From: Geosiphon pyriformis uo1
Lineage: Eukaryota > Fungi > Glomeromycota
Assembly: GCA_016748015.1 (NCBI GenBank)
Contig: JAAOMT010000360.1
Coordinates: 1-49,680, forward strand
DNA length: 49,680 nucleotides
Reading direction: 5' to 3'
This document shows positions 1 to 12,445 of the stretch, one piece after another (the first letter of the stretch is position 1; every line of letters starts with the position of its first letter). Below the pieces are notes generated by a model. That model ran no database searches. It saw only the letters and a list, made by a program, of their open reading frames with translations, and was not told the DNA's origin. A program made the position numbers and the translations under genes.

Positions 1-172
1 TCCTAGGTATACTTTCTTATTTGTGGTATAGGGTTTGAAAATATATTGACCGCCTTCTTTTTACCGTTATAAAATATTCAATTTATTAATATTCAATCGG
101 ATGCAGGGTAAGGAAAATTTAATCTGATATTTTCATTTTCTCTCAAGGCCTCAAATTCTTAACTTTTTATAG

Positions 173-2916
173 CCAAAAATAAAAGAATACGATGAGAATA
201 TTGAAGATATTGAATTAGGATTAGATGATGCTTTAAGTCATTCCGAAGAAACCAGTTCCAGCTTAAGCGTGATTCCTGAGCAAGACCTTTGCAAGCCTGC
301 AACAAAATTGTCTGTTAATGACCTCACTAATGACGGGTGTAGATTTTCATCCATTGAATTATTTGGGGATAAAAATTTAGAATCTACGAGTCCTACGACA
401 ACATCTCGCCCTATTCAGGTCGCTTCTTTGCCTGTATCTGTCGACTTGACGCTCACTCAACTAGACCTGGCTTCTGGAAATGTTACCGATTCATTTTCCT
501 CATATAGTGAATCCGACTCAGAAAGCATAGATATTTCAGCAGAGATTCAGCAATATAATCGATTCAATGGATTGGACATGCATTCTAATATGCTTCAGTC
601 TGTTGAAAATTCTATGCTAAGAATATCGAGTCAACAAACCCCTCAATCACGCGAGGGGAATTTTGGAGTGACAATCAATGCGTCATCTAATATAAGTGGA
701 TTTCAAACAAAAGGTTCATTAAACACGAAAATCGACAAATATGATGCAGTAGGAAAAGGTTCAGAAGAATCGGGTCACGTTGGAAAAATTATACCCTTAA
801 CAGGAAAACAACCGTTTTTCTCCTCTATTTTGAAATTTCGCGGAAATAAATTTCCAGATCAAATTAGCCTACCGCAAGAAATCAAAACAATATCCGCAGT
901 GGCATTTACCACACCAGCGTGTAGTAGTGTTTTTGATCCAATTGACGCGGGTTCTCGTTTTTATGTCAAACGACGCATAGTGATTGGAAATGTGTCAAGA
1001 TGGATCTCAGCCGAAAAACGGCATTTAAAACTGCAAAAATATACACATAAATGGATGATTTATGTAGTTGGTCCGCCTCATTCATTAAATGTTACGTCGT
1101 TTATCCGTAAAGTTCGATTCTACTTACATCCTAGTTATCGACCGCACGATATAGTTGATGTTACTGAACCACCTTTCCAGCTTACACGGTACGGATGGGG
1201 GGAATTTCCTGTTCGAGCCCAGTTGTTCTTTTTGGATAAAAAAAATAAACCTGTAGATTTAATTCATTTAATGAAGGTAGGTATTATCTTGAGCTTTAAC
1301 CTCAAAGAAAACATTAATTACATAAAATTTCCACTGAAAATATAGCTGGATGAAACACATTGCGGAAAACAAAGGTTGGGAGACGAACGAGCGTATGATC
1401 TTGAGCTAGATAGAAATACTGAATTCGTGGAACCACGCAAAGAAAAAAGTCTAGAAAGAAGTTCTTCACATTTAATAAAGAATGTCGCCTATCAGACGGT
1501 TGTTGGAAAAATAAAAAGTTCTGCCTTGATCGATGATCTTGCCGAATCGACGAAATTTCAAGATAATACTCCCAAATTAATGGAATTAGATGTTGATTTC
1601 TTAGAGCCATTATTGACCGAAGCAGTCCGATGTTACCCAATTATAAACTCGGTTGTTGAAGATTGCTCCCTGTCACCTTTACCCTATTCATTTGCTGCCT
1701 CTGCCGAGACATTTTTGACCTGGGAAATAGGACATCGAAAATCCACAGAGTGGCAAAGAGCTCGCGCAATGCGAATGATGGTCCAATCGATGTCTCAAGC
1801 TGTGTCAAATCCTAAAATCCACGAAGTTGCTAAATCATTAACAACTCAAGATGTTGTCCATTGGTGTCGAAGGAAAAATTACACCCCCATAGAGATTGGA
1901 GAAACATTAGGATCAGATTTAATTACTTTCAAAAAGCCCCAATCTTCGCACACGACATATTGTAAATATTGTGGATGTCCCAATTTTTGGCATAAGAAAG
2001 ATTTAGAGGATAATGGATCAATGGCTTTTAAGTGCAAAAAGAAGCCGCGTATTATGCGGAAGAAAAACGGCAAACTGAGTAGCTTAAAATTGGCAAAAGA
2101 AATTTTTGACGACCTAGGCGGTGCAGGATCTCATGGTAAGAAATGGTCCTCTAATGTTAATGGATCAGCTTATTGTCACTCGAGAATTATTAATGATTAA
2201 ATAACCCGGTCTTCAGAGGAACATATGGACATTGATGTTTTAGATTATAACAATTCCGCTTTCCAGGATATTCCATCGACATCAAGTAACTCGGCAAATC
2301 CCGCTGACAATTCAAATCAATGGTTTTCAACTATATTTACCTCAGACCTAAATGTTATTGGTTGGGTATGGGATGTCATTTTTCAGCTTCGATTGAAGAG
2401 TTTTGTAGGTACAGAAATTGAAAATGGTGACACGTCTATCACTGTGCAACAGCGTTTAGTGGCCGGAAATTTTATAGCTCAGGTAAAATTTTAGCTTTTT
2501 TATTTTGGGGATTTTTATCTCTGATTAATATTTTATTGTCTTAAATGTAGGTGACAAGAATATTTTTGAAAGATATTTTAAACAAATCTATAGAGATATA
2601 TAGAAATGAGGAGAAAAATAATTCAAGCCTACTCGGAAACTATGTCTCTATAACGAAGAAAAATAAGGAACGATCGTTGCTATTGGATTTTAACGATGAT
2701 ATTGATGATGGTGAGGGTTTATCAATGATGTTACAGACCCAAAATGAAAACCCCTTGGGTCAACCAAAGAAGTTATTGGTTCCTTACCACCTATATCAAG
2801 CACTAGGGAAAAATCCCGAAACAGACTTTCTCACGGGAAATTATTTAGCATCGGAAAAAAAGAGGGAAAATCGGGGGAAAAATGAGCAGGGAAAAGAAAT
2901 TCTGCAAGATGGATGA
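173..2916 (+). CDS. YEATS-domain protein, YEATS2-like, spliced; 5' end probably upstream of the window. Exons ~173-1276, 1346-2135, 2217-2482, 2551-2916
   Basis: YEATS motifs KRRIVIGNVS, YTHKWMIYV, FIRKVRFYLHPSY, PPFQLTRYGWGEF. GT-AG introns 1277-1345, 2136-2216 and 2483-2550 join the ORFs in frame (IHLMK|LDETHCG). C-terminal LKDILNKS...LLVPYHLYQAL...DFLT resembles the YEATS2 histone-fold tail. Confidence 0.85.
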
Positions 2917-3110
2917 ATATCCCGGTATAACTTAATTTATTTTCAATAATTATCAAATAAACCTCATTGAGACTGCTGAAGGCAATGGAGTACTTAAAAT
3001 TGGAAATTTTGTTAAACTATATAATTAATATGTATCTTTCTTGCTCGAGTCCAAAAAGCTATCTGAAATTCTCCAAGATTTTCAAACACAACGCAAAAAT
3101 ATCATGATAG

Positions 3111-5605
3111 CTATTTTTTGGCCAAATTAGTTGAAGGAGGGGGCATCGCGGTTTTCGTCTGAGAATATCTGAAGTTGCCAGATGCAGCTCGCGTAGGATT
3201 AGAAATTGTTGAAACAATCATACTAGAGTTTTGCAAAGATTTCTCCCTCTCAACTGATGATGTATCAACACCAGAGATTTTCGGCGTGCGGATCCCTTGG
3301 ACAGCTTTCAACTTAAGGGAGGTGTCCTTACGAGAACTTTTCTGAGCCGCAAGACGTGAGGGGAGGGCAGACGACCGTAGTTGAGATTGATGACCCTTTC
3401 GTTTTTGTTCTGCTTTTAACATAAGATAGGCACTTCTATTCAACGTGAAATTGTTCAAATGTTAATTAAAACAACAAATTTTACCTGTGGGGGATGATTC
3501 TGAAGATGACAGTTTTGTTTTTAGGCCTCTAAGCATCTTTTGAGTTGGATTTTCACGATTGCGAATAGGGTTCTCCAGTTTTCTTTTTGCGGCTATAGAT
3601 AAGGGTGATGCAGGAGTTCTAATTGGCGTCTTATCTGATGAGATCGTAGTAAGTTTCGAGTCTGAGCTCAATGATCCCAAATTTGATTTCGCAAAACGAC
3701 GTGGATTTGTAAACGTCATAACTTGTCTTTGCACTGCTTTACTCGAGGTAGAATCAAGGTTCTGGTGATTTTTTGTTGTTAAAGTGCCAAATTCAGCGAC
3801 AGACCTGTAATTTGACTTTATGTTGGACGCTGAATCTGGAATGTTCTTTGATGATTTTGTTCCCCCAAAGAGATGACCGGATGCAGGTTTTTCGATAGCT
3901 ATTTGATGAGACTTTATCAATGGCTTTTGAAATTGGAAAGGTTTTTCTGTTATCAATTCGTCTTTGGAAACTAAGTTACTGAGCAACAGAGGCTTCGACT
4001 GATTTGGGCCTTCAGCTATATTTTTTTCTATAGGCAATTTTATTTTCTGAATAGGGTTTGAAAAAGGCTGTGGAAATGTGTTTGGAACATGAGCTTGTCC
4101 TTGGTTTTCCAGGACAAATTTGTTTGAATCCTGCCGATATTTGTAACCTTGAGTATATATTTTTGGGTTCTTTAGACCATTTTCTGGTAATGAGATCGAA
4201 TAATTTGTTGAAGTGACCAATGAAGATCTTACTATTTGTGTTTCAGAGTGTGGCAAGACACTATTTTTGTTTTCTAATGGTGGCCTATTAGGTGTCACTA
4301 CTTTTTTAGAGTCGATATCATCCTGAGTTTCCAATGAATACAAAAATTCATGTATTGATTTAGCTACTTCATCCGGCGAATTAAAATCTGGTATCTCGAT
4401 TTTCATTTTAGATAATTCAACTTCAGAGGTCAGATATTCCGGGGAATCCAATCCAGTGACAATTTTTTTCCATTGCTCTATTATTTGGATAGCTTTTTCT
4501 TCCATCGATAAAGCAACCTCTGTGGACGTTTCATCAGGGGACCTTGGTAGCTCGATGTTTCTCGGGTCTACTGAATTTGGTGTACCAGAAAGTGATGAGG
4601 CAGTTGTCAATGAACTTGAACCTGTTTCAGAAGAAACGTCTAAGCTTGGTGTCTTGATTTTTGAACTAATTATCCCAATGCCTTGCTGTTCTTCAACGGT
4701 TTGATCTATAAATGTGTTTAGAATCGAGTTTAAATGTAAAACATAATAACTAAATATTCTTAACATGTTTGGCGATCTTCCTCACCAGTTGAATTAAACT
4801 TTTTTCTAAAAGATGTAGCTAACCCTTTCAGGGAGCTATTCACTTTGACAGAAAGAATATTTTCATGTTTACCCTGGGGCGAGTTGTTCCCCACTTGCAA
4901 TAAACTACATTGTTGGGAATTTTTTATTTCTTTTTGGTTTGAGCTTTCAATCCCTCCGCTTGAAAATTCTGACCTCAACTGTAATTTTGTTGAATCCTCA
5001 ATTAGCCTTGCATAGAGTTTGGTTTCAGATCGTGAATTCAAAAAAATGTCTTGGGAGCTGTTTAGTCGAAATATGAATCTGAAATCTCGGTCAGATTTTA
5101 AAAGAGTTTTAAAAAAAATTTGAAAATAGGATACCAATATTTTCCATAATCTGATAAATTAGGCGTAGGGAATCTGTGAGTTACATCGACAAACTCATTC
5201 TTATATTCTCCGTCAAGCTCCTCATCACCAGAGGCGTTGTTAATTTCGATTGGGGCATTGAGAAAATTGAATTGATCAATGGTGTCTGCTAACAAAGATA
5301 AGCTTTGAGATTTCTTTTTTACCAGAGCTTTTGGATAATTACACTCTGGTCAAGACTATACCGTCATTGAGCGTATTAAACATGGCGGCGCTCTCTCTTC
5401 TCCGATTTAATGGTTGCTGAAATTTGGAAAACGGACTTGTGGGTGGTTCTACAGGCTTATCTTTGATTTCTTCCTGAGAATCGATACGGAGTTTATGAAA
5501 ATCCAAGAACTCTGCCAATAGATAAGTTTCTTGGGTAAAATGGTCCCGCGCAGATAGACCCTTGAAACAGCCGAAAGTACCTGCTTGTTTTTGGCCACAT
5601 TCCAT
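3111..5605 (-). CDS. Spliced hypothetical protein, Ser/Thr/Pro/Lys-rich and probably largely disordered
   Basis: Successive minus-strand ORFs 5339-5617, 5098-5295, 4760-5137, 3462-4766, 3111-3458 separated by short AT-rich intron-sized gaps (intron 5058-5134 joins in frame); CpG retained as in other host genes; no recognisable domain. Confidence 0.65.
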
Positions 5606-5678
5606 AGCGTTGCTCAACTTGAACTAGTCTAACACTCAACGAACCACAGCAACAAACTTTGAGCTTACCAATTTATGG

Positions 5679-5730
5679 TGACTCACATTTTCCTTATACG
5701 TCACGCGTATTTTTGTTTACGTATATCGCG
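5679..5730. promoter_or_regulatory. Putative promoter motifs of the minus-strand gene (TGACTCA, ACGTCA, ACGCGT MCB-like box)
   Basis: tgactca at 5679 and tacgtcacgcgta at 5697-5709 in a CpG-rich patch ~100 bp upstream of the ORF. Motif match only. Confidence 0.3.
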
Positions 5731-6224
5731 GATTTATTAATTAAGAAACTACTTTTTTCATAATTTAGTGTTTGTTAAAATTCAATAACCTGAAATTTTT
5801 TAATGATTTAAAGGTTTTAGCATTAAGTTTTGTATAAAGAACAAAAATTATAATTATAAGTTCTGGTTACATATATGGAATTATGAATTTTGTTTTATAA
5901 AACTGGTTAAAAATTTTTTTAAAAAACCATTTAAATTTAATTTTGTTTTATATTTTAAGTATATATATCATCTTTTAGATAATTTATAATAAATACAAAT
6001 AGTATTTATTAGTAGATAAAAAAAAATATCTTTAATAAAATAACTTTTAAATTTTTAAATTAAAATTTTATTATTATTATATTTTGGTTTTTAGATTATT
6101 AATAAATTTTAAATTTTTTGTTATTATAATAAATTATTAAAATGTTGTAAATATATTTATTATAAGATATTATTCTTAATTACTTAATAAATTGGGTTAA
6201 AATTTAAGTTATTATATAATAAAT

Positions 6225-9200
6225 TTTTTTTTATTTAATTTAATGAGTGTAGCCCAACCACTATCTAGAATACAGAAACAGACTAAGTAAATCCAACCAA
6301 ATATGACTCACATATTTATTATATATGACCAATTACTCAAGCCAATTAAAGCAATATTATATATTTATATATGCTTACACACTATTACAAATACCAGAAA
6401 AAAAAAACAGGTCTTATGTAAACCAAAACTCACAGCAAATGTCCTATTAATATCCAGCAGATGAGCAATCTCTACTGACAAATAACCAAACCTATTATTA
6501 GAAAAACCAGAAATCTCTTTTATATTACCAATCAAGCTAGCTTTTTCTATATTTATTTTGTACCTCACTTTGAACAACCACAATTTATTCTGATGCTTTT
6601 TTACTAGGTAACAAGCAAAATTAACCACCACTAACATAGTTTTCTTTCTATCATTAAAGTATAAAGATGTCTCTTTTACTCATTTTTTTAGCACAAAGTC
6701 TTTATATAAATTTACATACACACTAACATCTGATATTACAGAAAAAAGAGTACATATTACTGAAAATAATAATAAAAAGCAACCAACTGCCAAAAACTTT
6801 CACAATCTAACATAATTCAACAAAATATTAGAATGTGCTGTCATTTTTTTTGAACAAGTAAAAACATGATTAAAAAATTCGACATCCTCACACATTAAGC
6901 ACAACATTCTAGAGTAATTTTTGTCATAGAGTCTTTTTCTAACAGCAACCAATAATCTCTTATGGATTGTTTTTATTAAGTATGTGCAAAGAACAGCTGA
7001 AGACTTGCTTGTAAACCCCAAGAGCATATGCAAATTAGGATGCCAAATTACAGCAGTACCAGCCCAATTAACTTTTCTGATTATCAATTCTTCTAATATT
7101 CTTACATTATGACCAGCTTTCTATTGAGCACAACAAACATTCTAATAAATATTCTAAACAAAGTGGTAAGCATTTTTTGAAACAATCTGACCATCAGCCA
7201 TAATAAATCTTTTATTAATTTCTTTAATGAGAACAAAACCCAAATGTATCACTTTACTTACAATGGTATTAGCTCTATCATTGCTTATATCTCTTAAATG
7301 CTTTTTAACTTTCATCTACTTAACCAAAATATCCTTAGTCTTGATCAAATTGACTATGTAATGCCTCTCTATCCAACATTTGTGTTAAAAGTCTGGTAGA
7401 GTTAATTTGAGTTCTAAAACACGTGTATTCAAAACTGCTTAACTGTTCAAACAGATGACTACTAAACAAGATAAAAATACACATTCCAATGCCAAAGCAA
7501 TTATCTGAAGTTTTATTATAGTAAAAGACAACAATTCTTGCATCTTAACACTTATATCTATTCTAATATCAGAAAAGTATGCTGTTGCTTTCCTAGTAAC
7601 TTTTGTAGTCTCCAATTGTTTTAACAAATTATCAGTATAAATAGTAAAAACATTAGCCCAAAATTCATGTAAACACTCCTAAATGTCTAAAAAACTATCT
7701 GAATAAAAGAAATTCAAACAAACAAAGCCAAAAACAATCTCACCAAATCTACCACAATAATTATTTATATAAACCAAAGTTTTTCTAAACCACAAAGATA
7801 TTAAATCTCTAGAACACAATTTTTTTCAGTAGCAAAAAGTCTTCCAGCTTACTACCAAATTATTTTTGTCCAGCAATTTGTTACCAAAGACAACACCAGA
7901 GCATTTCAAAAAGGAAATAACATCATAATAAAAAGAATTTTCTAGAATTCTTAACATAGAAAAGCATTCAACATCATAAAATACATAGGGCAAGACATTA
8001 AACAAAGATATCTTGTTATCCAAAAAAATTCTTATCATATCTGCCAAAAAATTGTTTACCAGACTAATTCTCAATTTGACAAAGTATTATAAAGAGTTTA
8101 TTAAAGCCCATCTCAAAATTTGCAAATCCAAAAACCAATGTTTAAACAATTTGCCAAAAATTCTGAGCATATTAGAAAACCAAACCAATAAAACAATCTT
8201 TTCTTCTACTTATATCTGTTCAAATGTCTTCAACTTATAAAAAGAAAGATAATGTAAAGCTTTACTAAAAAAGTTTCTTGGTAGATTGGCCTTTAACTTA
8301 AGTTTTTTTCTTAGCATAATATCTTATTTCTGACACATATTCTTAAATACAAAACTAAACTGTGTTTGGTAATTAATAATAAGCTGTAAAACCAAAGAAA
8401 CCAAATATGAAAATTGTTTGTTTAACAATATTTTTCTAAAAACCAAGCTGGACATCTAAGTGTGCTTTAACAAGATTGGGTTTAGACAAACCTTCTATCA
8501 ACAAAAAAATATCCAAATACCTATAAGATTTACTATGCTTAGCAATGAATATAAGCTGATTATTGATATGTAAAGAAGCATCCCTAACCCTCTAATTAAT
8601 AAGAATTACCACAATCTTATTATTGTTAATAGAAATATCATTAAGCTTAAAAAATTCACTAACAATGTTCAAAATATGTTGTGTTAAAGTTTGGCCATTT
8701 TTCATCCAGATTGTATTATCCACAAATGCCCTAGCTGCAAAAAAAGAAGATATACCCCCACCTATTTCTATTCTGCCTGTTTTTGACACAAAATTTGTAT
8801 TAATCCTATATTTGCACAAATGCTCTTGTCTCTTAATTTCACATAACAAAGAATTGTAGAAGATTCTCCACAAAAGTGGTAAAAAAACTTCACTTTGATC
8901 CAGTCTGTCCAGCACCCTGTACTCATCTAAAAAACCAAAATCAGTTATCATTCTGTTGATTCTGTCTACATGTATGTCTTCAAAAAACTTAATAAACCTG
9001 TCATTCATCCTAATATGCTTCAAGCTTGCTTTTAAATATCTTCATCCAATTAAATCATAAGCCTTATATATATTTTACAGGACCAACCAGACTTCCTTAT
9101 CTTTTTCCAAAACATCCTCTACTATCAAACCAACCACAAACACTGAAAATTGAGTTAAAGTCCCCTTTAAGACCAAAAAGTTGTTACCCCAAAGAATATT

Positions 9201-9629
9201 ATTTTTAATACAAAAAGATAAGATACAATCAGACAAAATTTTAAAAAGTATTTTCCTAGCTGTTTTAATGAGAGCAATAAACCATGTATTTGTCAAGATA
9301 TCTTCTCAGTTATATGATTTGGAAATCATTAAAACCCATGCTTTTTCACAAAGTTGGAACTCTGTTCAAGGTCAGACAAGAATTTAACAAAATTAGTAAG
9401 CAATCATTATCTTATTACTACTGTGTTTCTATAACTCATTAGATATGTCAAACAAATCAACTGTTTTGTCATTGGGCAATTTTTCAATTACTTCACTCAA
9501 TTTATGTGCACTGATACCATCTATAATCTCAGCAAAAGTATTTTTTTTAACATAATTCAATAGTATATATTGTCAAGACCATGCATCAAACAGAACTGAA
9601 GGCACCTTATACTTTCTTATCTATTTCAC
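6225..9629 (-). mobile_element. LINE copy 1, 3' part (RT, RNase H, C-terminal Zn finger, 3' UTR, poly(A)); heavily degenerate
   Basis: Fragments homologous to ORF2 of the LINE at 37633-42315 (ETARKILFKILSD, AFVDNTIW, CLMCEDVEFFNHVFTC); T-run plus ttatttaatttaatgagt at ~6225-6250 matches the reverse-complemented 3' end of the other copies. Confidence 0.9.
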
Positions 9630-10601
9630 TATTACCGGAGGTTTTTGGTCTCTTTTCTTAAATGTTGTCGATGCTTGTTTGCTGTGAATTCACGTTTTCT
9701 GAATGTGGTTGAATCTCCAATAACTGAATTTATCTTCAAATTATCTCCTATAATTTGAACTGCTGGGCTTATAAGTAGAATGGCCAATTCTGTGCCAGTT
9801 ACTTTATGTAGTTATATTGTAGTAAATGTCAACTCTTTCTCAGGAATTGCTCATCTGAAAGCTCACTAAAATGTATAGTTACTTTGCTGTGAAAGTCAAT
9901 TTTTCTACAGAAATCTTGTCTGTAGGCTACCCTAATGATTGTAAAAAGAAAAGAAAAGGAAAAATAAAAGAAATGTAAAAGAAATAGAATTCTGTCAAGG
10001 AAAACGTTTTCTATCCAGGCCTGGAGTCACTAACAGTTTACTGAAATTGGTAGCTAATCAATTTCAAAAATGTTAGTGGATTTTCCAAGTGCAATAATTT
10101 AAAGAGTTTTGGTTTTTTGAATTATTTGATATTTATTTCTTTTTGTGTGTGTAAGAATGATTCTAAGTGATAAATCTAAAGTAAGATACATTTTCTCGAA
10201 AAGAGAAGCTCTTCTTTTATACAACTTGTCATAACACTATTCTATGAACTTGAACTTTGTTATTTTCTACAATTTCACTTAACTAAAGATACATTTCGGC
10301 AAACTACAAGTTATTTCTGCGAACTATTAGATATTTCAGTGAATTATCAATTATTTTGGCGAATTTCTATAAATTTTGGTGAACTTTTGAATGTTACATA
10401 GTTTGAGGTATTGTATGATTGATCATCACAATTAGGTTACATTTGTGTTGTGTACAATTTGGGTTATTAATTAAATGATAATTTTGGACATTTTTGCTAA
10501 TGTAATAAGTAATAATTTGAAATGATAATATATATTAATTAATGATAGGAATTATAAGATAATTTTATGCTAAATAATATCTCTAATTTTGTCTGGTAAC
10601 A
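9630..10601 (-). repeat. 3' LTR of element A (972 bp)
   Basis: Repeat of 26554-27536; ends T(G/A)TTACC...TCTGGTAACA; PPT (cttgaggaggaggtta on minus strand) adjacent at 10602-10617. Confidence 0.95.
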
Positions 10602-11613
10602 TAACCTCCTCCTCAAGACTGAGCTCTGTTGAAGTCCAAGTACTGTTTGTTATTTCCAGATAATAATCCAAAATTATTGAAGAAATTTGGTCTGAAAATT
10701 GTTGAAATTTCAGTTCTGTGAGCTTTCCAATGTATTGAATCTTCAAAGGTTGAAAAATTGGGTTTTGTAGTATGTTTTCACAGATGTGGAATAGGTTATA
10801 AAGTCTAAGAGCAGCTCTGAGCCTGTAATGACTGTTTGTTGATCCAGCTGTTGTCTTAAATTTGTTGTGGAGTTGTTTCTGAATAGCTTCTTTTGCGAGG
10901 TTTGCTGTTGTAAGTTCCAGTTTCTGTTCGTAGAGTGTTTTTCCAATGTGAAAATATCTATAGATTGGAGGATATTCAGTGTTTTCCTCATTGAGACACA
11001 GTTGAAGTCTTTGTTGAATTGTAGCATTTGGTGGAATACTAATCAGAGTGAGCATTAGATTTTCTCTTAAAGCAAGTTTTAAAAGTTCTGGCAGGTGAAT
11101 TCCAGTATAACTTCTTGTGTTCTTCTTATATGGGTGATATTTTTGTGAATTTGGGGCTAAATTTGTAACTACTTCTGTTTGGGTATAATTAATGTGGTTT
11201 CCAGTAACAGTAATAGATAATTCGGGTATTGTTTTTAAAGCTAACATTAGTTNNNNNNNNNNNNNNNNNNNNTGAAAATATCTATAGATTGGAGGATATT
11301 CAGTGTTTTCCTCATTGAGACACAGTTGAAGTCTTTGTTGAATTGTAGCATTTGGTGGAATACTAATCAGAGTGAGCATTAGATTTTCTCTTAAAGCAAG
11401 TTTTAAAAGTTCTGGCAGGTGAATTCCAGTATAACTTCTTGTGTTCTTCTTATATGGGTGATATTTTTGTGAATTTGGGGCTAAATTTGTAACTACTTCT
11501 GTTTGGGTATAATTAATGTGGTTTCCAGTAACAGTAATAGATAATTCGGGTATTGTTTTTAAAGCTAACATTAGTTTTTGAAATAATTGTTGAATGTTTT
11601 GAAGAATAGTCAT
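10570..11613 (-). CDS. Element A extra 3' ORF (ORF-X), unknown function; ~240 aa after removing the gap duplication
   Basis: Open ORF between IN and the 3' LTR, reading through the PPT into the LTR; homologous to the B ORF at 18867. Confidence 0.75.
   Translation of the reverse strand: MTILQNIQQLFQKLMLALKTIPELSITVTGNHINYTQTEVVTNLAPNSQKYHPYKKNTRSYTGIHLPELLKLALRENLMLTLISIPPNATIQQRLQLCLNEENTEYPPIYRYFXXXXXXXXLMLALKTIPELSITVTGNHINYTQTEVVTNLAPNSQKYHPYKKNTRSYTGIHLPELLKLALRENLMLTLISIPPNATIQQRLQLCLNEENTEYPPIYRYFHIGKTLYEQKLELTTANLAKEAIQKQLHNKFKTTAGSTNSHYRLRAALRLYNLFHICENILQNPIFQPLKIQYIGKLTELKFQQFSDQISSIILDYYLEITNSTWTSTELSLEEEVMLPDKIRDII
10949..11576. other. Assembly gap (20 N, 11253-11272) flanked by an identical 304-bp overlap
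   Basis: 10949-11252 is identical to 11273-11576. Confidence 0.9.
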
Positions 11614-11734
11614 TATAAGCAATTTGAAATAAAAGAAAATTATTTTTGGTGCATAAGTTTTTATATTATTTTTGTTTTGTTTTTGTGAAATTGTTTCTAA
11701 ATTATAAGAAGATAACTATAATAATAAATTTAAA

Positions 11735-12445
11735 TTAAGTGTTCAAGTTGTGAGACTGTTCAATGACAACTATTGGTTCTAAATTTCAGGGAATGTCTTC
11801 GGAATTGATTAAAAAGGAATGTGTACCAATTTGTGGAATTAATGATTCAGGATTGTTTCTGGAATTATAGTGTTTCAAACGATCTCCATGTGCAACTTTT
11901 GCTAGAATTTTGTCATCAAGTCTTAGCTTGTATGATCCGTGCCTAAAACTTCATGGATAAAGAATGGTCCATTCTATTTATTTTCAAATTTTCTACTCCA
12001 TTGTTTTTTGGCTTTAGTTCTGTGTAAGAGAACTTTGTTTTCAATTTTAAATTCATTGGTGACTGGAGGCAATTTGTCATCATGCCGTTCTTTTTGTTGA
12101 GCTTAGGAGTATTCAATATGGGTGGCTGCTATTCGTCGTTTTTCTTCCAATGTGCTAAGCAGAGTGTAGGCTCTTTGTTGAAGCGTTTCTTGAAAATTGT
12201 TTTCATTGATTGGTTGTGCTGGGTATGTTTCCACTGTGAAACTAATTGGTAACGTTGCCGTCCTTCAGTAAGTTAAATCAAATGGTGTGTGTTTTGTGGT
12301 ATCTTGTTTTAATGTCCTATATGCTAGTAACACTGATGGAATAAAGAAATCCCATTCTTGCTCAAAATTGGTTGAAACTTTGGCTAATGATTCACACAAT
12401 GTTCTGTTGAACTGTTCTACCAGTCCATTTGTTTGTGAATGGTAG
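11735..12445 (-). pseudogene. Element A integrase, 3' part
   Basis: YHSQTNGLVEQFNRTL, GPF module, HGDRLKHY, EPIVVIE; no chromodomain. Confidence 0.88.

Noticed and set aside
10949-11576. Apparent tandem domain duplication in the 350-aa ORF
   Set aside because: Copies are identical and flank a 20-N gap in a region where real repeats have diverged; unmerged contig overlap.
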